A stretch of 63,714 nt of DNA, the filler included, from Octopus bimaculoides (taxonomy: Eukaryota): assembly GCF_001194135.2 (NCBI RefSeq). It is 4 parts of 4 records of this genome, joined end to end, with 100 filler letters (N's around TTAATTAATTAA, not from the genome) between each part and the next. Parts side by side here need not be neighbours in the genome. Positions count along the whole stretch, not along the records: positions 38,863 to 63,714 come from NC_068989.1; 3 more parts are not named here. The stretch is one strand, 5' to 3'. This document shows positions 40,061 to 51,529 of this stretch, in pieces. Made by a program: the position numbers and the translations under genes. The stretch's first letter is position 1, and every line of letters begins with the position of its first letter. The notes below the pieces were generated by a model. The model worked only from the letters and a program-made list of their open reading frames with translations, made no database searches and had not been told where the DNA came from.

Positions 40061-41816
40061 TTTTATATTCTAGTGTTGGATATATAATTTAATGAAGTAG
40101 GTGGGGAGAGAAAATATTTACATGACATGATACGCTCACAGTGAACTGCTTACCTGAACTACCAATTGCTCATAGTTCTTTATTTTATAACAATGAGTCT
40201 CCCCTTTTTAGAATTAGTATCCCGTAACTTCTCGCCTTTTGAGAATTAAACTCTGCTCAGAGTTTAATATCTCTTATGCTTAGTGTTCAATTCTAGTGTT
40301 TCCATTCTTTCTGGTTTTCTGGTGCTAGAATGTGTAGCTTCAAATTATTTGGGGATTTCATTTCTTGTGACTATTTTTCCCATCAATCTTTTTTTAAGTT
40401 GTTATGTTCAACATTTTTTCCTTTTACCAAGAATAACATTCTTCCAATTTGTTTAGTAATTACACCATCCTTCCAGTTTTCTTTACCATAGGTTTTTTCA
40501 TAAAATGTAATGTCACTTATCAATTCACCCTTAAAATATAATTGTTTTCCTGAAACACCATGGGCAATTTTCGAAGTTTCTTTTAATCTAGGTCTCATGA
40601 TTTTTTCCATGTCTCTGTGTTAATTATCAAGATATCACTGCCCATATCCAATTCTAACTTTATGTTTGTTATTAATTGTTACATACACAAATTTTCTTTG
40701 AGGCTCATTCATACTTCTTGTCATTGATAACCTGTCTACATGATTTTTTCTGTTGAACTGTTTTATAGGTTTTGTTTTAAAGTGTGATTTTTTATGACCT
40801 ATCTTACCATACTTGAAGCATTTTATATTCTTATAGTTACTTTTAAAATGTAGATCACTGCACCCATAACATGGATTTGGTCTTGACATTTTTTCTCTTT
40901 TTTCTTATTTGTTACCGGTTGACGTGCCTGAATATGAGTGCAATCCTTTACATCAATTTTATTTGCATCATGTCTAAGATTATTAATCTGATATTCTTCA
41001 GTTACTGCCTGTAGAGTTAAATTTTGGAGCTGTTCTAATTTTGTTAATATCCGGGAACATATATCTGCATCTCTGCTTGCAGTAAGCCCTTGAACAAAAA
41101 TTAAACACTTGAACATGTCTAGGGTAAACTCATTCAATTTGAATTTGTCACACTCTCTAGCATAAGTGACAAAATCTTCATCTTTTTTGACCAAATTTAA
41201 ACATTACCAGTGAGTATTGAACAGGGAACTTCTTACACTGAAACTTTTCAATAAATTGTTTCATTGAAACAAATCTCACCTGGTTTCTTCAGCAGAATAC
41301 AATTACTATATTTTTCATGTTCAGCAGGGAATAACTTTCTTAAAAGTAGTCATACTTTTTTCTCATCGGGCCAACTTTTACATTCTTCTTTAAAGATTTT
41401 TTGTATCTTTGAAAATATGCAGAGAAAGTAATCTCTTCTGGATTCTAACTTCAAGTGAGTTTGCTACACTGTATTTTCAAACTTCTTCAACATTAATTCC
41501 AGCAACTGTTGGTTTTGTTGTTGTAACTGCACCACAGAAGCCAATAAATATTCCATGTTAAAACGATTTTTTCTTTGGTTTCATACTAAAAAAAGATTTT
41601 AAATGTCCAGTACAAGCTTTGAACAACTCGTCGCCACTTTTATATCCTAGTGTTGGATATATAATTTAATGAAGCAGTGGGGAAAAGAAGTATTTACACG
41701 ACACAATGCAATCACTATTACATGAAGCTCAACGCTCTCAATCACGGCTCACAGTGAACTGCTTACCAACCCTAACTGCTAATTGCTTGCAGTTCTTTAT
41801 TTCATAACAATGAGTC
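40061..41816 (-). mobile_element. Internally deleted Ty3/Gypsy LTR retrotransposon (Mag-like) with both LTRs
   Basis: Direct repeats 40061-40199 and 41638-41816; PBS-like TGGCGACGAG after the 5' LTR; PPT AAAAAGGGGA before the 3' LTR; gag (CLIFVQGL, CYGC..H, CFKYGKIGH) and protease remnant (ELDMGSDI) fused to an integrase C-terminal piece (ENWKDGVITKQIG). No RT or RNase H. Confidence 0.85.
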
Positions 41817-41995
41817 AGTTCACCTTTAGTCACTTGTTGGAGTGGTCGGAATCCTTCCACAACAGTAATGTTACCCCAAGGCCAGATATGTTTCCATAGA
41901 AGACTGAAAATGAAAGATAATGGTTTAATACTGTTGATACTCATGATGCTAAGACAAGTAAACATGTACACACACACATACATACAGATGCGACA

Positions 41996-42155
41996 AGCTT
42001 CTTTTAGGTTTTTGTCTACCAAATCCACTTTCAAGGCTTTACTTGACCTGGGGCTGTAGTAGAAAACACTTGACCATAATGCTATGCCAACGTACTGGAT
42101 CCGAAACCACATGGTTGAAAAGAGACCTTCTGAAACTACACAGCCATGCCTGCAC
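41996..42155 (-). mobile_element. SINE head (family B), decayed; another similar copy at 39853-39995
   Basis: tctaccaaatccact..caaggcttt...tagtagaaaacacttg matches the other family B copies. Confidence 0.75.
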
Positions 42156-42165
42156 CTACCAAAGC

Positions 42166-43771
42166 TAGCTAAAACCAAAGTCCTAACAAGTAGGAAGGTA
42201 GACAAGACACAAACCCCTTCAGGTAGATGGCCCTGCTTGATCTGTAGAAAAGGCATAGGTAGAAACTCCATAAGATGTACCCAGTGTAAGCTATGGACAC
42301 ATAAGAGGTGCAGCAATATCAAAGGAAGGCTAACTGAGAAGATAGTTTTTGTATGTGGCAGATGCTCAGGAGCAATAAACACTGAAAATGTGCAGAAAAC
42401 AACCTTTGCCAACTCCAGGGAGAAAAACTAGAAGTACTTGATAGCTTCCGCTACCTAGGTGACCAAGTTTGTAGCGGGGGAGGGTACACTGAAAGTTAGC
42501 CTGGGCAAAGTTTAGAGAGCTCTTACCTCTGCTGCTGACAAAGGGCCTCTCACTCAGATTAAAAGGTAGACTGTCTGACGCATGTGTGTGAACAGCCATG
42601 CTACATGGCAGTGAAACATGGGCAGTGACTCCTGAGGACATGCGTATGCTCGCAAGAAATGAAGCCAGTATTCTCCGATGGATGTGTAATGTCAGTGTAT
42701 ATACTCCACAGAGTGTAAGTATCTTGAGAGAAAAGTTAGACCTAAGAAGCATCAGTTGTGGTGTGCAGGAGAGACAATTGCGCTGGTATGGATATGTGGC
42801 AAGAATGGATGAGGATAGTTGTGTGAAAATGTGTCACACCCTAGCAGTTGAGGTAACCTGTGGAAGAGGTAGACCCAGGAAGACCTGAGATGAGGTGGTG
42901 AGCATGACCTTCGAACTTTAGGCCTCACCGAGGCAATGACCAGTGACCGGGACCTTTGGAAATATGCAGTATGTGAGAAGACCCAGCAAGCCAAGTGAGA
43001 GCATAATCTGTGATTTCTGCCAGAAGTGTAGCCAGCTCACTTATTCGTATCTTTACTTCATTGAACACTAAAAACTCTGCTTGCAAAGACCTGTTGAGGC
43101 AAGTGAATTTGGAATTTGAAATTTGAAATCTGAAATCGAAATCGAACCGAATCCGACGACTGGCACCCATGCCAACCTCTCCTTCAGTGGACACTAAACT
43201 CTACTTGTGAAGACCTGTTGGAGCAAGTGAAATCGAAATCATAATTGAACCATACTCAATGACTGGCACCTGCGCCAGTGGNNNNNNNNNNNNNNNNNNN
43301 NNNNNNNNNNNNNNNNNNNNNNNNNNNNNNNNNNNNNNNNNNNNNNNNNNNNNNNNNNNNNNNNNNNNNNNNNNACTGTCCGAGCGTGTTCATTGCCAGA
43401 GCAGCTGTCTGGCTTCCATGCTAGTGGCCCGTAAATAGCACCATTTGAGTGGAATCGTTACCAGTGTCGCCTTCTAGCACTTGTGCTGGTGGCACATTAG
43501 AAAATCATTTGAGCGAGGTCGTTGCCAGTGCTGCTGGACTGGCATGTAAAAAACACCTTTTTGAGCTAGGCTGTTGCCAGTACCGTGTGACTGGCCCTCG
43601 TGCCGGTGGCACGTAAAAACACCCACTACACTCTCGGAGTGGTTGGCGTTAGGAAGGACATCCAACTGTAGAAACTCTGCCAGATCAGATTGGAGCCTGG
43701 TGCAGCCTACTGGCTTGCTAGTCCTCAGTCAAACATCCAACCCATGCTAGCATGGAAAGCGGATGTTAAAC

Positions 43772-43803
<32 letters not shown>
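42166..43803 (+). mobile_element. 5'-truncated RTE-clade LINE 3' end with PHD finger and (GAT)n tail
   Basis: KTKVL...C4HC3 finger...FRYLGD..., [23 protein letters not shown] motifs; long modular 3' UTR; ends gttaaacgatgatgat. Confidence 0.9.
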
Positions 43804-43804
<1 letters not shown>

Positions 43805-44570
43805 AGAGATAGATATAGATATATATATCATCATTTTAACATCCACTTTTCCATGCTTGCATGATAGTAACGTTCATTTACAACTATCACATGAAGCCAA
43901 GGCAAGGAGACAGTAACACACACAGCTTCCATCTACAAATCTGTTTTTGCATGTATGTATGTATAAAGATGTGTGTAACATAAATAATTCTAGGAATATA
44001 AAAGCAAAGTTTGCTGATTTTTGTGTTACTGAAACCCAGTTAATAGCAAAGGTCAAAACACTATTGCAGAATAATATTCTCTATTTTGTAAAAAAATGAA
44101 TATGTCATTGTAAGTAATACTTTTGCGAAGTTTAGTTTATCTCAAAGTCTAGTGTTGACAGATTCTGTGGCTGGGTACCACTGTTTATCATTAGTAATGT
44201 TAAGATTTCAGACAAGGCTGCTGAGATCAGTGAATCAACAAAAAAGTCTTTTGATATATTTTACAGCACTTAGCTTTGTTCCTTTTTAGTTAAAATCATT
44301 TTTTAGATTTTTCCAGAGCTAGAGTAGAAACAATAATTATTGGGCTTTGATTAGTCAATAATCAATATGAAAAATATCACTTTGGGTAGTGGTAATAAAT
44401 ACACTCAAACATATTTTTAATAAAATATATTTTACAAACAAATATTAGTACATAACAACTCACACTAAAATTTTCAAAAAATTAGTTTTGCTGTCACTGC
44501 AAATTTTCAACGGTTTAAAATGATTGTTGGAATTACAATATGGTTTTCTTTTACATATATTTTTTCTTTA

Positions 44571-44766
44571 TTATTTTGATTTTTTGGACTGGTTCTCTTT
44601 CACACTGTTACAGTTACAGTTAATGTGGAAGCACATAGGGTAATAAATTGAACTCTGCCACATTTGATATAAAAGTATACAATGGCATAAATGAAGAAGA
44701 CCACTACTCCAGTTAGTTGAAGGGTATGTATTCCAGCAGAGCTCAATGATTCCAAGAATAAGTAAT
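44571..44766 (-). CDS. ALG3: ALG3 terminal coding exon, [64 protein letters not shown]
   Basis: Acceptor ttaacttcag|A; WNTYPST motif; TAA at 44573-44571 with an overlapping AATAAA. Confidence 0.96.
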
Positions 44767-47700
44767 CTGAAGTTAAAAAATTGAATTAAAAGAAAAATTG
44801 TATTGATATTTAATACATTAAAACATAAGGAGAAAAGAAATTTGACAGAATTTTATTTAACCCTTTAACACCAACTCACCTAAAACCACCTCTGGTTCTA
44901 TGACAAACTTTCTGCTTTAAAGTGACCCTAAATTAACACCTTCCATCAAAATCTCATATCAATTTATGTTACAAACACCAGCTTAATAATGACAAAGTTA
45001 TTTTTACTAAATTCTTCATTATTTTCAGAACTAATTAAAACAAAGGCAATGGTTTTCAACAGAAATATGGTAACAAAAGGGTTAAAGTTACAAAAAAAAA
45101 ATGTTTCTTTAATCAGACTGAAACTGAAATTGTAAAGGGACTTGAAAATTTATATTTAATCATCTCTTGCACACTAACAGATCTTGATGTGATATTTCTT
45201 AATTAGAAAAATCAAAGGAATGTTGTTTTAAATAAGATAGTTTAGATTGGTAATGAAAAGTGCAGTTTAGTCATCAAGATTACTTATTTTATGTAAAATG
45301 ATTTTAAAAACATTGATATCTGTTACACTGGGAAAAAAAGTCTATTTGATCTTATTAATAGCAAATTTATTTTAGGTGAAATTAAAAACAAGCTTAAAAC
45401 ATGACAGATCTTATAAATTTCACTAAATTAGAATTCTAAGAGAGAGGTATGGCCATGTGGTTAAGAAGTTCACATAAAAACCATGTGATTCCATATTCAT
45501 TCCCATTACACAAGTTCTTGGGTTATAGTGTGAAGTCGACCTTTGCCTTTTGAGTAAAATTTGGTAAAAGGAAACTCTTTTATTATCATAGTTCTGTTGA
45601 AACACACTCCTTTTATTTCAATTAATTTTTAAGATAATACCCTTTACTCTTTTACTTGTTTCAGTCATTTGACTGTGGCCATGCTGGAGCACCGCCTTTT
45701 AGTCGAATCAAATCGACCTTAGGACTTATTCTTTGTAAGCCTAGTACTTATTCTATCGGTCTCTTTTGCCGAACCGCTAAGGTACGGGGAGGTAAACATA
45801 CCAGCATCGGTTGTCAAGCGATGTTGGGGGGACAAACACAGATACATACGCATACATATACATGACAGGCTTCTTTCAGTTTCTGTCTACCAAATCCACT
45901 CACAAGGTCGGCCCGAGGCTACAGTAGAAGACACTTGCCCAAGGTGCCACGCAGTGGGACTGAACCCGGAGCTATGTGGTTGGTAAGTAAGCTACTTACC
46001 ACACAGCCACTCCTGCGCCTAATGAAGAATTTATTACAATAACTTCCTCATTATTGAGCTGGATGCCTTTCCTGTTACCAACTCAACATGAAATTTTGAT
46101 TGAAGGCTTTAATTTATATAATTTTAAAACAGGGAATTCATGTTACAGTGGTGGTCTCAGGTAGGTTGGTATCAAAAGGGTTGAAGGTACTGCAGGTAAT
46201 TTTGGGGAAATAGGTTAACTCAGCCAATCAACAAACAATGATGAATGAAAATGAATGCCATACTTTTGGGGTCAATATAAATTACTGACTAAAGGCAGTG
46301 CCCTAGCATGGCCATTGTCCAATAACAGAAAAACAGTAAAATAAGAAAAAAAAGCTGTTACAGGGTTCTAGATATGAAAAATGATATAAAAGCCTTAGTA
46401 ATGTAAGTGCAGTGAAATCTGTGCATCAAGTTCAAAGGGGAGATTGCTCTACAAACTAGTCCTCATGCCATCCATATTTTAACAAAGAATGATTCATTCA
46501 TGCAAGAGGAGGGAAGTAATACTCCACTCTCAGTTTGACCTCTTCAGCAAAAACGTAACTTTCACCATATTTGCTTAACCCTTTAGCATTTAAACCAGCC
46601 ATATTTAGCCAAAATATGCTACTTGTTCTATGTTCAAACTGGCCAGATATGGCCTCTCACACCCACTCTACAATGTCATTCTAAAAATATACAATCACAT
46701 CATCAAAATCTCGAAGCTATGAGATAATGTATGATTAATTCAAAACAGTGTGAATTAATAAGGATTACATTTGACAGAATAATCTGAATGCTAAAGGATT
46801 AAATAGTAATGAAAAAATTACTAAGTAAATATACAAGATGATGCATTGGTTGGTTTAGGAAAGTAGAATAGTTTAAAAATTCGATAATTCAGAGATGCCA
46901 TTCACACAAAAAATAGCAGTTAAGTTCGTTTTAACATATTAAATGCAGAGTACTAAAAATTATATTAATCTATCACTAATATGATAGACAGGTGTGATGA
47001 AATTGTCAAACATAAAAGGTTTATTTTGATTAATCTTGTGGACTGTATATAGATTTTTTAGCCTTCATTGCTGTTTTAATGCGGTGGTTAATCATATATT
47101 CTTTACTGTTCACAATGTGAGGTAGATTCCATGTGTAAACAACGACCACACTAAAGTTAGAGTTTCCAAATACTTTTTTAACCTGTATTATTTTACAAAT
47201 ATATTTAATATAATTTAATGGAACAACGTTCAATGAACATAATAGTTAGGAATCTTCTGTATATAAGTTGCAAAATATTTTGAAAATAGTGAAAGGAATT
47301 TAAATCACTGTATATATAACTGATGTGCACTACTTGATACTACAAGTTAAAGTTGGTACCTTTTGTTGAGTATGTTACATAAGGGAAATGAAAGACAGGG
47401 AGAAAGACCAACTCACTACAAGTAACATAGATTCCATGGTATGCCTTAATGGCTCTCTGGCCTGAGGTTGTATTTGTCAGCTTTTATAGCTGTAAGCCAG
47501 CTTCTAGAAACTTTTTAGCAGGAAAATCTGCATTACTTTGCACTTTATCATGTTAACCATATTAAGTCCACCAGTACATATTCATCAAGCCATATTCTTG
47601 TATTTTTAATATCATTATTTAGAGATAAATTAATTCATGGTCTTAGACTGAGAAAATCTGAGCGCTATGGTTTAAATCTCAGATGGGGTCATGCTACATC

Positions 47701-50700
47701 GTCCTCCTTTACTTAATTTATTGTTCTTTTCTGTCTCCTCATTTATTCTTTTTTGACAAGTTGTAGGGCATCTGAAAACTGTATACAATAAGGTCATTAT
47801 TATTACAAAAACTGAGATTCAGGATGAGAAAATACTAGTTTTAGTGTTTATACTCTTTGCAAGGATCTAACAGTTGCAAATAAAATAGCTACAACTGGGA
47901 TTCAAAGCAGACTGGGAATGGAACACTACTACAAGAAATAATTCATTTATTAGTTCAGCCTATGCCCGTATGAGAACTGAACATTAAATGATGTTTTTCC
48001 CTATACTCACATCATCAGACATACTTCTAAATGCAGCATGAAACATGTAAGATGTCAATTATCAGTGATTAACTTTGCAATAAATTGTAATATGAGGAAG
48101 ATCTATTCACAAGTTTATTTTCTTAGTTGTTGTTTTTAGTAATTAGATTGTTACTCAAGTTAAGGTGATTGAACAAAATGGAAGTACTTACTTGAATGGT
48201 AACTTAATGGCATAAAGTAAGTAATGGAGAGTATGGAAATACCAGACATAGAACTGGTAATGGAGAGATCGACTGAAACACATTCCTATGAAATTTGCAG
48301 AAAATAAAGGAAGAATGATCTGTGGGGCAAGTTAAGGTCATTTGGCAATGTAGAAAGTATCAATTTATAACAGTAAAACAGGATAAATATTTGCAGCAGG
48401 AGAGCCATTATGTGACATTCACGCCTTTCTCAATAGCTGTTGAAGATATTAAAATTAGATAAAGACTTCATGTCAAATTAGGATGTTAAATGATTTTAGA
48501 CACATTTCAGTGTCTTCTTTTGTTATCTACATAGATTAATGCACACAAAAGTGGTGAGCTGGCAATCATTAGTATGTTGGAGAAAATGCTTAGCGGCATT
48601 TTGTCCATCTTTATGTTACTGAGTTCAAATGCCACTGAGGTCGACTTTGTCCATAAATTTTTTGCAATTAATGAAATAAGTACCAGTTAAGCACTGGGGC
48701 TGATGTAATCAACGACTTCCTCTCCTCAATATTTCAGGTCTTGTGTCTATAGTAGAAAGGATTATTTTTATCTAGACATATTGGAATCTAACATAAACTA
48801 CTGCTGCTGTTATACCTATCTACATATATATTCTAATCCACACACAAACAACTGCTGCTATTATTCTTATCTATACATAAACTGCTGCTGTTGTTATTCC
48901 TGTGTACATATAAACCACTGTTATTATTACATGCAAATAAGGCAGTGAGCTGGCAGAACTGGATTAAATGCTTAGCAGCATTTTGTCCATCTTTACATTC
49001 TGAATTCAATTTCCGCCAAGGTCGACTTTGCCTTTTGTCCTTTCAGGTCACTGAAGAAAGTACCAAACAAGCACTAGGGTTGATGTAATCGACAATCCCC
49101 CTCCACAAAGTTTCAGATCTTGTGTCTATAGTACAAAGGATTATTACATGCAAATAATTCTTTTTTATTTCCAACACTCAGGTCACCAAACTTCCATCAC
49201 TTTCTTATGTTCCTGAGATAATTCCCATCACTACAATATACAGCATAAAAATACTGATACTTGTAAATATATATATATATATATACATACAGGGTGCAGT
49301 GATTAAATTGTCATCTAAATTATGTAAAAGTGAAAATAACACTGACAACTCATTTCAACAGATATATTTACCAAAATTACATAAAAATATCTTGAAATAC
49401 TAAAGAGTAAATTTATTCAATAAAATTACCATTGGCTTCAACCAATGATCTCCTTGTTTAAGTTGGTGAATGCTGCCACAATGGTTACTTTCAGTTAATC
49501 TTTGGTGCTGCAAAGAGTTTTGTTGGTTCTCACTCAACTGTGCCCTACACAAAATAATCAAAAAGGTTACAGTCTGGGGAGTTAGGTGGCCGGATGTTAG
49601 GGGTGATGTGGTTGCAGAAATTGTCCGCCAGCCATGAATTGGATTCTTCTACTTGTGTGGCATGGTACAGAGTCCTGTTGCCAAAAATAGGGTCTACCAG
49701 CAGCCACCCTATTGACCCAGGACATGTTGTTGACTGGATGTTTGATTTTTATCATTCTCGGTACAGTTTTGGGGACACGGCAAACCAACATCTGATCCTG
49801 GCAGAAATTTTTCTCATCTGAGAAAAAACAAAACATGTTCAGTTGTAGGGGATGCTTGAGTCTGTTCAAAAGCTTTGTAGTTTGGTCTTTCATCTTGTCC
49901 TTGATGGCTTGGGATAAAAATTAGCACTTTCTCAGCAGTTTTGGTAAAAAAAAAAAAAAAAAATTGCTAATATTTTTAGAGGGAAAAGTGAGTGATTTAA
50001 GGGCGATTTGGCTGTTGTTTCTAGCACATCCAAAGTCAACCCTTCTCATTTATTTATCACTCTCGCATGTATTGATGTTTTTCAATATTTTCCCCCCATA
50101 AATACATTTGAGAAATTATGACTTTTTTGCAACCTCACTCCCCGCCTCTGATTGTTTCTGTTCTAGATACACTGTCAGAAAACAAAAGACGACATGGTTA
50201 GAGCTGGAAATACCTTTGATCGTAGTTCTGCTATATCAGAGCTAGACAACAATAATCATTATGTTGCTCAGTTTAAACCAAGTTTTCATTTAAAGAAAAG
50301 GAAAAGGATATGATTTGGTCCAAGATTTTTCTGTTTCTTTGAGGATAAAGTCCAGTTTATTGGTGGAATCATACTGAAATTAAAAACAATCTAATTAATT
50401 ATAAGCAGCAAACAAGAACTGTAATAGGATATTTTCCCCAAAGTTATGAATTATATGTGGGGTAACTATGAAAGCTTTGAAGTGAAATGAATACTGTCTC
50501 TTCAATAAATTGTATTCCTTGGTAGTTCATCTAACAATAAACCATAAATGTTTTACATTCGTAAACAAAGTGAAACATGCTAGTCTTTTTTACATGAACA
50601 CTTACATTTGAAGACACATGCTAATCTTTCTTATACAAGTACTTACATTTAAAAGGAGTACACATGCTTTGTTTAGAAATGTAAGTATCATACATGTTTC

Positions 50701-51497
50701 TGGAGGAAACAATGTGTTTGAAACCTGAATGTTCTTTCACTATTTGTTCCTGTTAATCAGCTTTATAAATATTTCTGCCTAAAGTCAAGTTGATTAGAAA
50801 AAAGACTGATTCTAGTTGATAGAAATCAGTGGTTCTTAACTGTGGTAGTAGCACACTCATAGGAGCAACATATGTCAAGGGGGAACAACTAGAGATGATG
50901 GCTGTTGAGAGGGGTCATGATTTTTCTTAGAAATATATTTATCCCTTTTGTTACCAAATTTCTTTTGAAATACACTGCATTTGTTTAAGTTAATTTTGAA
51001 AATAATACAGAATTTATTAAAATATCTTTGTCATTATTTAGCTAGTGTTTGGAACATAAATTAGAATGAAATTTTAGTTAAGCCCATTTTGAAACAGGAA
51101 GTTTGCATCATAGAAGCCTGAGCAGTTTCAGATAATTTGGCATCAAAAGGGTTATATTACATACAATACATTTTTCAAAAAAATCTTTGTTATGATTAAA
51201 ATGTAAACTGGACATTTCATTATCAATGAGCAGAAGGTCCAATATATTTTGTTTTTTAAAGTCTTTGCTTTCTCAGTAATTTCCATAAAAATTTAACATA
51301 GAGGAGAATTGGCTCATGAAGCCTCTAAAAAGGGGCTTGTGTTGGATGAATTAAAATAAGAAAATATAGATAATATAGGAAGGGCATCCAGCTGTAAAAA
51401 CCTTACCAAAACAGACACAAAAATCTGGTAAAGGCTCCTGCTTGGCCAACTCCTGTCAAACCGTCCAACCCATGCCAGCATGGAAGGAGGACACTTA

Positions 51498-51529
<32 letters not shown>

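Larger units (their letters stand above)
48322..50311 (-). other. U12-type (minor spliceosome) AT-AC intron of ALG3, 1990 nt
   Basis: 5' splice site ATATCCTTT (50311-50303); branch site TGACCTTAAC (48340-48331); 3' end CCCCAC (48322); the split codon C|AG restores Gln in frame. Confidence 0.93.
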
